Part shown: positions 51,743 through 63,355 of the stretch, piece by piece
Position numbering within the stretch: the first letter of the stretch is position 1
Layout: each line of letters starts with the position of its first letter
Origin: Leucoraja erinacea
Lineage: Eukaryota
NCBI RefSeq assembly: GCF_028641065.1
Contig: NC_073396.1
Span: 10,044,001 to 10,108,000 of the forward strand
Reading direction: 5' to 3'
DNA: 64,000 nucleotides
The notes under the pieces: model-generated
The model's input: the letters and a program-made list of their open reading frames with translations, nothing else
Database searches by the model: none
What the model was told of the DNA's origin: nothing
Translations under genes and position numbers: made by a program

Positions 51743-52461
51743 AGCTTCAATTCACTGTATAATTTGCATTTATTTTGATGTTAATTACAATTTTGCTTTT
51801 AAAGAGTTAATCTCAGTGCCGTGCATTCTTTTTCCTGTACACCTAAAGCTTCAATATTGTCTCTTGCACCAGCTGTGTGGTTATGTTCCATAATGGGAAC
51901 ATAACCACAGTATAGTCAGTATATTCCTCATTCATATAGGGCAGTAAGTAATTTTAGTGGTCCTTTCTCGAATGACAAATCCTCTCATGTTATGCTATTA
52001 TATTGGAATAAAAGAACTTGGTTCAATTCTATTCTCAGTTGGCTTTTGAGCTGAAACATAAATTAAATTAAAATTTGTAGAATTTCACATTTCATTTTCC
52101 TTGGAGCATTAGTGTTCAGTGCATTGGGCCCCATCCTTGTAATTACATCTATTGATTATCTATTATCCACTGAGATCGGTCTTTCGTTCAATATCTAATT
52201 TCAGGACATTATCTTCAGACATACTGGTGCCTCCTTTTTACTCTATTAATATGTTGATATTACATAGGAGTTGTAGTCAAACACAGCTTGGATGCACAGC
52301 CAATGGAACCACTGTCTAAACTGACAGATCTGCCATTAGGCACACAAAATGGTCCCTTGTTGGGTTTCAGGAAACGATTACCAGCATGATATAATCTAAG
52401 ATAGAGGCAAAATGCAGGAATGTCTCTGGTCAGGCAGCATCTTTGGAGAATAGGAATCGGT

Positions 52462-52489
52462 GACGTTTCTGGTCGAAACCCTTCTTCAG
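52462..52489 (-). ncRNA. Minimal hammerhead ribozyme core within a Penelope-derived repeat
   Basis: CTGAAGA-AGGGTTTCGACCA-GAAAC-GTC on the minus strand. Confidence 0.55.
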
Positions 52490-52593
52490 ACTATATCTGA
52501 TATAATCAAATTCAGATATAATCTGAGTCTGTTCTTCATAACATTATAACTTGGCTTAAATTTTCATTACTAAAACTGACCAGAGAGCATTCT

Positions 52594-52891
52594 GGCAGCA
52601 CGGTGGCACAGCAAAGAGTTGCAGCACCAGAGACCCGGATTCGATCCTGACTACGGGTACTAGTCTGTACTAAGTTTGTACGTTCTCCCCCTGACCGCAT
52701 GGGTTTTCCCCGGGTGCTCTAGTTTCCTTCCAAACTCTAAAGACGTAGAGGTTTGTAGGTTAATTGGCTTTGTAAATTGTAAATTGTCCTTCATGGGTAG
52801 GGTAGTGCCAGTGTACTGGGAACGTTGGTCGGCGTGGGCTCGGTGGGCTGAAGGGCCTGTTTCCACGCTGTATCTCTAAACTAAACTAAAC
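52594..52891 (+). mobile_element. tRNA-derived V-core SINE
   Basis: Near-consensus copy with (aaact)n tail. Confidence 0.9.
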
Positions 52892-55641
52892 ATCTAGACA
52901 GGTACATGGATAGGATAGGTTTAGAGGGATATGGAGCAAACAAGTTGTAATATGGTCCCTAGTGTGTGTAGCTTAGTATACGGGTTATTGATGGTTGGCA
53001 CGGGCTTGCTGGAGGACCTGTTTCTGTGCTGTATCTCTATTGTCTAAAGTCTATAGATATTTCAGAATAAAAAAAGTAAAATGATCCTGTTCTTTTGAGT
53101 TCACATTACCATCAATGGCAGTTTTATGGTTAAGGTTCATCTTATAATTTACTGTCTATTTCTATGTGTTTCTGTTGCCTGCTTTGAGAAACTTACTTTT
53201 GTTGTGAATTCATTAATCCACATGAAGATAAATAATAAAAGGCATTGAGATCTACATTAAATATGGAATGCAATCCTCCAGCAAAAGCATAAAATAGATA
53301 TTCATGTGGGTGATTTAAATTCTTTATCTCTAAACTCGATTAACTACCTAATCTGAAAATGTGATTTCCTTTTAAAACCTAGATTTCATAACAATCACTA
53401 ATATTGATTCATTCCTAACCAAAGATCAACATAAATCATACAGGAAACTTCCAGCGGGTCAGGCAGCATCTCTGGAGAAATGTATGAAGAAAGGTTTCGA
53501 CCCAAAACCTCATCTACTCCTTTTCTCGAGAGATGCTACCTGACCCGCTGAGTTACTCAAGCATTTTGTGTCTATCTTCAGTGTAAACCAGAGTCTGCAG
53601 TTCCTTCCTCCACAGGGAAATTCCAGCAATTCTTTCCTTTGCCAAAAGCGCTGTAAGTATTAAAAGAAAAATCTAGAGTCAAATTCGACTCTGACTACGG
53701 GTGCTGTCTGTACGGAGTTTGTACGTTCTCCCTGTGACCACGTGGGTTTTCTCCGGGTGCTCAGGTTTCCTCCCACATTCCAATGGCATCCAATTGGCTT
53801 CTGAAAGTTGCCCCTAGAATGTAGAATGCAAAAATGGGATGACATAGAACCAGTGTGACTGGGTGGTCGATGGTCGGCTTTGACTCGTTGTTGGTTAAAA
53901 TCGCTGCGTTTGGCTTTCTTCATTATTTTTTTTCATGGTTTGCACACAACGCTCCACCTGCCCGTTGCTCTGTGGATATATGGGACTTGAGGTGACATGC
54001 GTTGAAGGGCTTGTTTCCATGCTGTATCTCTAAATATAAATATATCCCCAAACTAAACATTATCAGGGCAATGTGAGCAGGGAAATGTTTTGAGAATAGC
54101 AGGTTCGAGAAAGAGGGTAAAGTAACCATCATTTGACAAAATAAATGCTTAATGGATAGACACGGAACTTATTTTAAGATGGATTAAGAGTCAATTATTC
54201 ATTACAACAAGTGATAAAATAATGTGTTTCTAAAGAGGACTATTAAATTGTTTAATTCACTTCACGGAATCGTATGAGTAGCCTCCCAATTTTCTACGGA
54301 TGTTAACTCACTTCAGGATAATGAGTTAATTTGATGTTTGAAATTTATTCATTGAAGCAAAATAAAATCCTTTGGTACACAAATATTACAAAATAACATA
54401 CATCCAAGCATCAGCAATTTGCCTCTAAGTAGTCATTTGGCCTCATGCATTTCTCTGAAACACTGCTTGAACTGTATCTTTCATTTATCAGCTTGGTTTC
54501 ATTGTTTATTTTTGTATTGAGAAATGCAATTATGGATTTAAAATGATATCTGCTTTTAAATTTAATTTCACCCCAAATAAATTTGTTTTCAAGACAAAGA
54601 TTTTCATTTAAACCATAAGAGACATTTTGGACATATTTGTTATTTAATCTGGATTGAATGATTAAGATGTCTTTACCGATCAATCAAAATAAGTATGTTC
54701 AATGTATTTCATGGTCCTTTATGATTATAGATGGAGTCTATTCGGCCTATTGAGTGCATACTGGCTCACAGAATAATTCTATGCCACGTTAAATTTCCCT
54801 GTTACTTTTCCCATCAATTCTCTCCAGATTCATCCAACCACATACACTAGGGGCAATTTACATTGGCCAATCAACCTACCACCTACACGACTTTGGGAAG
54901 GGAACTGGGAAACTGGAGGTAAGTGGGAGGGGGAGAGGAGAGGTGGAGAGTTCTATCTAAAAAATATTAACATCGAAAAAAAAGTTGTTTTAAAAAATCA
55001 AAATGATAAAATCAATCGAGAACACAGACAACTTACAAACAATTATAGAATTAAACTGCACGCAGAGGAGATATGTTTATCATGCCAACGTGTTCTGCAT
55101 TGACATTGTAGGCCAACTTGGTCTCATCTGTGGCTCCCAGAGTTAGAACGTTTGGACTGATGATGATCACAATATGGAAGCAATACAACGGTCTTTCTTT
55201 CCCTGTCAAATCTGTGGTTTAGAAGCCCATAGGGATCACTAGGATCTTGGACCATCCATCAGTTCTGATCTACTGCTTCATGCACATAATGGCGAGGACT
55301 CTCATCGCAATGGGTACTTGCTGTTCGATGTTGTGTGATGTCTGATGGGGGAGTGAGCTGAGAGATTCAGAGGGTTGTATCTGTCAGTTTATGCTGGAAT
55401 CTAGTTTTTCACAATGCCCAGAGGTTTAGGACTTGATTTAGTTTCATGGCTGAATGGCGATGTGAACCGAAATCCACAGAGAACACAATTCGGGACAAAC
55501 TGCTGTATTTGTTTCTATATTTATCTTCCTCTTTGGCTTGGGCAGCCAGTAGGGAGTAAGGATTATTGCCTCTGCTCTGTTTTGTTTGTTGCAAGGTAGC
55601 TGTTGGGACTGATGTGGAGCCGACAAACTCTGCCACAGATG

Positions 55642-55955
55642 AGGCACGGTGGCGCAATGGTTGGGTTACTGCCTTACAGCGCCAGAGAACCGGGTTTGAT
55701 CCTGCCTATGGGTGCTGTCTGTACAGAGTTTGTACCTTCGCCCCGTGACCGCGAGGGCTTTCCCCGAGTGCTCTGGTTTCCTCCCACACTCCAAAGACGT
55801 ACAGGTTTGTAGGTTAATTGGCTATGGTAAAGATTGTAAAATGTCCCTACTGTGTATAGGAAAGTATTAGTGTACGGGGATCGCTGGTTGCCGCGGACTC
55901 AGTGGGGCCGAAGGGCCTGTTTCCACGTTGTATCTCTAAATACTAAACTAAACTA
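55642..55955 (+). mobile_element. tRNA-derived V-core SINE
   Basis: Near-consensus copy. Confidence 0.9.
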
Positions 55956-56324
55956 AGCAGTCCTCTGTCACTGCTGACATTCTTGCGATCTCTCACTCAG
56001 ACGATGACTTGAACTAATAGGCATCAGTAAAACTATAAACACAAGGAACTGTAAACACAAAGAAGGGTCCTGATCTGAAATATTGCCTGCCCATTCCCTC
56101 CAGAGATGCTGCCTGATTTGTTGAGTTCCTTCAGCACTTTGTGTTGTATATAACAGATGCCAGTGCCTGGGTGGTGTTACCATTAGATTTTGTGTTTGTT
56201 CTTTTTTTATGAAACAAGGTGTTGGTTACATAAGGAGGTGCTCCAAGCATTTGGTGAAGAAGTGCTTTCCAGTGGAGTTAGCTCCCCCTACACCTTCATT
56301 GCTAATGTCACATATTCAGGGAAT

Positions 56325-56941
56325 TTAGTTTAGTTTTAGTTTAGTTTAGTTTAATTTAGAGATACAGTGTGGAAACAGGCTCTTCAGCCCACCGATTCCG
56401 CACCGACCAGCAAGTTCTATCCTAGACACTTGGGACAATTTACAGAAGCGAATGAACCTACAAACTGGCATGACTTTGGAAGGAGGAAACCGGAGCACCC
56501 AGAGAAAACCCACGTGGTCACAGGGAGATCATACAAACTCCATTCAGGCAGCACCCGTAGTCGGAATCGAACCTGGATCTCTGGCACTGTAAAAGCCCCG
56601 TCCCACTGTACGAGTTCATTCAAGAGTTCTCCTGAGCTTGCCCTGATTCGAACTCGGAGATTTACGGTAATGGACGCTCGTCGGTACTCGGGGCTCTTGT
56701 GGACATTTTTCAACATGTTGAAAAATCTTCACGCGTCTTCCCGAGCTTACCACGTTTCACGAGTACCTGCCGTTAGCGTTACGAGACGCTAAGAGACGTC
56801 CCCGGGCACCGACGTACCCGCTACGTACATTCTACGTGCTTCCACGAGTTTGATTTTTTTTTTTAAACTCGGGAGAGCTCTTGAATTAACTCGTACAGTA
56901 GGACAGGGCTTTAAGGCAGCATCTCTACTGCTGTGTCACCC
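56325..56941 (-). mobile_element. tRNA-SINE split by a MITE
   Basis: The SINE sequence ctggcactgtaa|ggcagca is rejoined when 56593-56914 is removed. Confidence 0.8.
56593..56911. mobile_element. PIF/Harbinger-type MITE (319 bp)
   Basis: ~44-bp TIRs starting AAGCCC(C/T)GTCC with 5 mismatches; 3-bp TAA TSD at 56590-56592 and 56912-56914; central 22-bp perfect palindrome at 56705-56726. Confidence 0.85.
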
Positions 56942-56949
56942 TTGGCCTT

Positions 56950-57780
56950 TTATTGGGCGGCGGATATTAAGGCGGCGCGACTCTCGTCAGCAGCGGCCTC
57001 TGCAGCCCGTCTGCGTTTTTATTATTTTTTGTCTATGTTTTTATGTAGTTTTTGTTATTTTTTTGTTGGGGGGTGTGTGGGGGGGGGGGGGGGGTGGGGT
57101 AGGGAGGGGGTAACTTTTAATCTCTCCCTGCACTGGAGACCCGACTTTTTCTTTGTCGGGTCTCCGTTGTCGTTGGGGCTGCAACGAGGAGCGGCCTCCA
57201 ACAGGAGAAGACCGGGGGCTCTGGTGCCGACGACTCACCTCACCGTTGCGGAGCTGGCCGAGTCCGGAGCGGGTGGAGCGGTGGTGGAGCGCTGCTGCTG
57301 CTGCGGCCTGACCTCCGGAGATTCGGAGGCTGCAACTGCGGGTCTAGTGGACCGCGGCACCGGGAGCCCGCGGGTCACTGGAGGAAGACTTCTCCCGCCC
57401 GAGTTGCGGGATCGAAGAGCTCCTGGAGCGGGGCCTTACAGCACCGCCCCGCGCGGCTTGGAATGGCTGCGGGACTCTGCGAGCGCACGCCGGGGGCTCC
57501 AACACCAAGACCCGGTGTGCGACCTTGCACCACCCGGCGTGGCTTTAATGGCCGCGGGACAATCACCATCGCCAGCCGGGGGCTTTGACTTTGACTCGGG
57601 GGGGGGAGTGCAGTGGAGAGATAAGTTTTTTTTGGCCTTCCATCACAGCAATGTGATGGATGTTTATGTAAATTATGTTGTGTCTTGGGTCTATTTGTTT
57701 GTAATGTATGGCTGCAGAAACGTCATTTCGTTTGGACCTCAAGGGGTCCAAATGACAAATAAATTGAATCTTGAATCTTA
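56950..57780 (+). mobile_element. GC-rich non-autonomous retroposon with a Rex/Babar-type hairpin tail
   Basis: T-rich stretch plus G-run, CpG-rich body, gccttccatcacag core, tail catttcgtttggacctcaaggggtccaaatgacaaataaa(ttgaatc)n. Confidence 0.75.
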
Positions 57781-58559
57781 TTGTCCGAACAGCATGGTAA
57801 ATTACTTGCCATAACCAGCACCGCCAGCCGGTACTATGGGAGGGGAATATAAATGTCCAAAAAGCATTTACTTGTCAGTGATCATCTAAGTGGCAAGGAA
57901 TTCACACCATAGTAAATATAACAGCAAACTCCAGAATCATCTTGTCCAAATTACCACATCTTATTTCATTAGGTAAGGATTCACAATAACATAAATAAAT
58001 AAGCTTTCACTGTAATTCTGAATATTATTTCATTATTCACAACATGACTTGCATAAGTTGTGATTATAAGTAATATTATCTGACATTCTACACAGCTACA
58101 CAAATGTGTGTATTAATTAAGGGGATGAGTGACATTTGCAATTCAGTTATTGAAGTCTAAAATTCTATTGAATACACCTCACACAATGGTAAATCAGATA
58201 GGTGCATGCATATTTTGTATGTTTCATTTGGCTCTCCTCTCTCCATCAGTGAAATCCAGCTACAGATCCCTCTGTTTTGTGGGTGAATGGCCTGAATTGA
58301 ATCTCTTTGAAGATTATTTACTCGGAGTGCTTTCCACATTGCCGCAGCGGCAATTAATTTTATTGCTTGTCTCCCACAACTGTTTTGTTGATTTACTGCC
58401 TGAGATGGTGTTTCGTTTTGGAGCTTAGTATCTGAAATATCAATGACCGTCCCATGGGACAAGTTTCCGGCTCGAGTCTTTGATGAAGGCATTAGCAGAA
58501 GAGGACTTTGTTAAAGTAGATTGGACTGAATGTAGCTGGCCATAGGTCCATGGTTGCCC

Positions 58560-59030
58560 TTGTTGCATGAGCTATCAACACTAATAACCTTTTCAATGGG
58601 AATGCAAGCTGGAGCTCCTCGATTCCATCATTTTTTAGCTCTTCCAAGAATCTCCAGGTAACTGATGAGGCAACTGTGGCCTTTTGAATTACTCCTGAAA
58701 AGAAAAGTGGTAATTTATTTGAACACAGAGAATTATGTGCCTGGCTTCTGTTTGACACAAAATGCAAATTGTTGCAAGTCACCAAGACAGTTGTCATATA
58801 CTTTAAATCACGAGGCGGCCATTTATACCCAATCCTATTTCATACCAAGGCTATTACTCCCATGTGTAATCCTATTAAACTGGAGGCATAACAATGTCCG
58901 TGCTTTCACAAATGCACCAAAACGAAGAGACCATTGGCATTCTGAAACAGCGTTTCCACACTTAGAATGATTCAGAGGCAGCGACACGATTCTAGACTGG
59001 AGAGATGTTTCATATAGTTGTCGAAGGAAT
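58560..59030 (+). pseudogene. Decayed Harbinger (HARBI1-like) DDE transposase
   Basis: ETIGILKQRF at 58927-58956 and QIVASHQDSCH at ~58766 resemble the family motifs ERTIG.LK.RF and V.A..PGS.HD; many disruptions. Confidence 0.55.
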
Positions 59031-60115
59031 CCTTCACAGCATAGTAACTGAAAGAGAGAGTGTAGGAACGAACTGCAGATGCTGGTTTACACCAATGATA
59101 GACAAAAAATGCCAGAGTAACTCAGCAGGACAAGCAGCATCTCTGGAGAGAAGGAATGGGTGATATTCGGGTCAAGACTCTTATTCAGACCGAATCATTT
59201 CAGACCTGAAACGTCACCCATTACTTCTCTCCAGAGATGCTGCCTGTCCCGCTGAGTTACTCCAGCTTTGTGTGTCTATCTTCTGGTTCAGTCGCACTGA
59301 TCAAGGAAGCACATCAATGTGTGGAAAGGAACTGTAGATGCTGGTTTGTACCAAAGATAAACACAAAATGCTGGAGTAACTCAGCAGGTCAGGCAGCATC
59401 TCTGTACACTAGTGCTGTACTACACATGAGGGACAATTTACAGAAGCCAATTAACCTACAAAGCTGCATGTCTTTGGAATGTGGGAGGATACCGGAGCAC
59501 CCGGGGGAAACCCACGTGGTTTAAGGCGAGGGGGGGAAATTTCTTAGGAATCTGAGGGTCAACATTTTTACACAAAGGGTGGTAGGTATATGGAACGAGC
59601 TGCCAGGGGAGATAGTTCAAACAGGTACTATCACAACGTTTAAAAAACATTTGGAAGGGACATGAATAAGATGTTTTGAAGGATATGGAGCAAATGCAAG
59701 CAGGTGGGTCTAGTGTAGATGGGACATGTGGGTTGGCATGGGCAAGTTGGGCTGAAGGGCCTAGTTCCATGCTGTATAACTCTGTGACTATTATATGCTT
59801 CTTTCACAAATAACAAGAATTCCAGCACCACAGCAATTTCCAATAGGAATAGCATCCCATCCACCAGAACCCACTACCTTCCATCACCAAGTCAATTTTG
59901 AATCAAATTAGTTAGCTTCACCTTCTGGACCAGCCCACCATGTTTGGTACCTTATGAAATATTTTCCTAAGGTCCATATTGACGGGGGTCCACTGCCCCA
60001 CCTTCTTCGATCTTCATGGTAATCTCCTTAAAAACCTCAATCAAATTAGTGAAGAAAGATTTTCCCTGTATAATGCCATGCTGGCTAACTCTGATCATCT
60101 CCTATCTTGCTAAAT

Positions 60116-60165
60116 GGGGTCAAGGAAAGAGCGTTCACGTTGTGGCTATGTTTCCACCAATCTTT
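60116..60165 (+). ncRNA. Minimal CPEB3/HDV-like ribozyme motif (degenerate)
   Basis: P1 GGGGUC/GGCUAU, P2 AAAGA/UCUUU, P3 GCG/UGU, L3 UUCACGU, J1/4 GU, J4/2 C-CAA. Confidence 0.6.
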
Positions 60166-60272
60166 ATACCTCCATCCACAAGAAGCACAAAAAACGACAA
60201 GACAGACACCATTGTGTGTTCAGCTCTGGCTGAACAACTTCTAATCTTGTTTGTGGACTCGATAAGAAGAAG
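60116..60272 (+). mobile_element. Short non-autonomous retroposon (Vingi-type tail) starting with an HDV-like ribozyme fold
   Basis: TSD ATCTTGC(T/C)AAAT at 60104-60115 and 60273-60284; tail tggactcgataagaagaag; inserted in an old CR1 fragment. Confidence 0.75.
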
Positions 60273-60409
60273 ATCTTGCCAAATGTATATAAATCCTATC
60301 CCTTTAGATCTCCAATAATAGCATGTAAGGGTGATGGGCCTGTAATAACATGGCTCGCCCCTTCTTAAACAAAAGAACAAAAATTCCTAAATGAAAGAAT
60401 GGATCGACC

Positions 60410-60830
60410 TGGCTTATAGTCACTGGAATTTAGCAGGATGAGAGGGAATATTATAGAAATATATAAAATTCTTAAGGGATTGGACAGGCTAGATGCAGGA
60501 AAAATATTCCTGATGTTGGGGAGTCCAGAACCAGAGGTCACAGTTTAAGAATAAGGGGTAGGCCATTTAGCCTGAGATGAGGAAAAACATTTTCACCCAG
60601 AGTTGTGAATCTGTGGAATTCTCTGCCACAGAAGGCAGTGGAGGCCAATTCACTGGATGTTTTCAAGAGAGAGTTAGATATAGCTCTTAGGGCTAACGGA
60701 ATCAAGGGGTATGGGGAGAAAGCAGGAACAGGGTACTGATTTTGGATGATCAGCCATGATCATATTGAATGGCAGTATTGGCTCGAAGGGCTGAATGGCC
60801 TACTCCTCCACCTATTTTCTATGTTTCTAA
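60410..60830 (+). mobile_element. Young CR1 3' fragment
   Basis: Encodes ESRTRGHSLRIRG..FTQ.VVNLWNSLPQ; tail tatgtttcta. Confidence 0.9.
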
Positions 60831-61539
60831 CAACATGAATAACCTCTAGTCTTCTGGCTCCTCATCAGTAACAAACAAAGTTGCAGATATCTATCTCCAC
60901 AGGGGCTCCAATAATCTCCTTGGTAATCTAGGACAGACTTCATCCGAACCTGGAGACTTATCCATTATTATGCATTCCATAGTCTTTGACTACTGATTAA
61001 CGATGAATTACATACATGCCAGTTCAAAGCTTTTATTTTGTGTTCTATAAACTTTAGGTGCATTCAATTGGAAGAGAGATGATGTTTTTGCTTTAATATT
61101 AGTTTCAACACAAAGCAGAGGTTGAATGGGGAAGACAAGCTAATTATCTTCACCATGTTTTGGTGACATTTAGAAAAGGTCAAAGAAAAATCCCCATACC
61201 TATAAAATATACCGGTCTTGTAGCTCAATCACATAACACAGTGTTTTTTTAAGCATCTTTCAATTGAAAATTGATTTTTATTTTTTCCCCCTCACAGAAC
61301 AATATAACAATGTTTCTCATCATTTTCAAAATTCCACAGGGCAATGTTGATATGTTGCGCCCCTTGTACTAGTTACCTCTTGTACTAGTTACCCCTTGTA
61401 CTAGTTGCCCCTTGTGGATGCACGGAATGACATTGCTCCCCCCTCCATTGCGTTTTTTCAAGCATTGTGTGAGGAAGCAGACTGAAATATCAAAAGGGAC
61501 CATTAATGAGTGACAATAAACCAGAAACAATTTTTTCAA

Positions 61540-61935
61540 AAGGTGCAGGAGTAGGCCATTCGGCCCTTCGAGCCAGCATCGCCTTTCAATATGATCATGT
61601 CTGATCATCCAAAATCAGTACCCCGTTCCTGCGTTCTCCCCATATCCCTTGATTCCGTTAGCCCTAAGAACTAAATCTAACTCTCTTTTGAAAACGTCCA
61701 GTGAATTGGCCTCCACTGCCTTCTGTGGCAGAGAATTCCACAGATTCACAACTCTCTGGGTGAAAAAGTTTTTCGTCATCTCGGTCCTAAATGGCTTACC
61801 CCTTATTCTTAAACTGTGACCTCTGGTTCTGGACTCCCCCAACATCGGGAACATTTTTCCTGCATCTAGCAAGTCCAATCTGTTAAGAATCGTATATGTT
61901 TCTATAAGATCCAGAATTTTATATGTTTCTATATG
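61540..61935 (-). mobile_element. Young CR1 3' fragment, inverted relative to 60410-60830
   Basis: ORF 61615-61941 encodes GESRTRGHSLRIRGKPFRTEMTKNFFTQRVVNLWNSLPQKAVEA. Confidence 0.9.
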
Positions 61936-62334
61936 TCGCATGATTGCAGGCCAGAACTACAGCAGGAACTACAGGCCAGGAAGTGATTGGGAAACGGTTA
62001 CCCCCTTACCCTACCTACCTCCCCCACATAAAAATACTAAGAAATACTAAAAAACATACTTTTAAACAGACTAAAAATAAAAAAAGATGGAAAAACAAAC
62101 AGAATGTAGGCAGAGGCTGCCATCATGCGGCGCCCAACTTGGATTTGGTGCTATAATTCTGGAGCAACGCTATGACTGTACGCTATGTTCTATGACTGTA
62201 CGCTACGGGTTGTGTTTATGGCTCATGAAGATAAGGGTTCCTTTGTATTTCCTGACACCATCTCCAGAGCAATTATAACCCTAGAATCTTTGGCAACTGT
62301 AAAGCTTTAGTATCCAGTAATATTCACTGGATTC

Positions 62335-62592
62335 TCGGCTTCGATCCGGTTTCGATCATGTCAACGGGTGTTGTTTGTATGTTATCCCTGTGACCTGTGT
62401 GCGATTTCTCCAGCTGCTCAGGTTTCCTCGCACACTCCAAAAATTCACAGGTTTGTAAGTGAATTGGCTTCGGTAAAGTTGTAAATTGTCCCCAGTGTGT
62501 GGGATAATGCTAGTGTACAGGGTGAGCGCTGGTCGGCTCGGGTTCGGTGGGCTGAAGGATCTGTATCCACACTGTATCTCAAGTCTAAAGTC
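62335..62592 (+). mobile_element. tRNA-derived V-core SINE (diverged)
   Basis: Family core and tail. Confidence 0.7.
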
Positions 62593-62897
62593 ACGTACAG
62601 CTCAGCAAATTAACAACCAGCCCTGCGTAGTGCAAGACTGAGCCAATGTTTAAGTATGAGTGGATAATTAGCATGTAACATCCTGAAATCTGCCATCATA
62701 CTCCTCACAACTTATTAAAGATTTTTTATCCTCTTCAGACTTCAAAATTATGCCCTGCAGACCTCGTCATTATTACATATTGTGCTTGCAGTTTATAATC
62801 TGATCACCATTCCCCTCTACTCTCTGATTTTTCTCCCTTTGCTAATTTAATATCCATGCTGCCCACAACCCTTTTATGCCATTAGTTGTAATGTTCT

Positions 62898-63081
62898 TTT
62901 TCTTCTTCTTTTCGTGTCCATCTTGTTACAAATGTTGACCTCTCTGTCATCGTCCATCCTGAAAAAGACGCAAGCTTCCGACAAGTCATCACTTGTCGCA
63001 GTAGATGATGGTGGTCGCAGAATTAGTCCAGGATACTTCCAGTTCCCAGCCCCACAACGTGGACGCTTTTGTTATGGGGCT
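62898..63081 (-). mobile_element. Short non-autonomous retroposon (Vingi-type tail) starting with an HDV-like ribozyme fold
   Basis: TSD GTT(G/A)TAATGTTCT at 62885-62897 and 63082-63094; tail tggacacgaaaagaagaag. Confidence 0.8.
63017..63081 (-). ncRNA. CPEB3/HDV-like ribozyme motif
   Basis: AGCCCC-AUAA-CAAAA-GCG-UCCACGU-UGU-GGGGCU-GG-[P4]-C-UAA-UUCUGC; candidate catalytic C at 63026. Confidence 0.7.
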
Positions 63082-63229
63082 GTTATAATGTTCTAACATG
63101 TTTATTTACTAATACTTTATTAAAGCTTTCCGTAATATATGTTACATGTTGCTCTCTGAAATACTTCATAAGAACACGATCAACTTAGTTAAATGCGATT
63201 TGCTGTTACAGAAATCAATACCATCATCT

Positions 63230-63355
63230 CTGAAGAAGGGCCTCAACCCGAAACGTCATCCAATCCTTCTCTCCAGAGATGCTGCCTGTCCCGCTAAGTT
63301 ACTCCAGCTTTTTGTGTCTATCTTCGGTTTAAACCAGCATCTGCAGTTTCATCTA
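63230..63355 (+). mobile_element. Penelope-derived pseudo-LTR repeat with an intact hammerhead core
   Basis: CTGAAGA-AGGGCCTCAACCC-GAAAC-GTC at 63230-63257, followed by the family body. Confidence 0.7.

Noticed and set aside
56933-57814. 293-aa plus-strand ORF, the longest in the window
   Set aside because: It lies entirely within a GC-rich retroposon, crosses T- and G-runs, starts at a non-ATG codon and has no recognisable domain.
61360-61413. 16-bp tandem repeat x3 (ccccttgtactagtt)
   Set aside because: Ordinary local slippage duplication.
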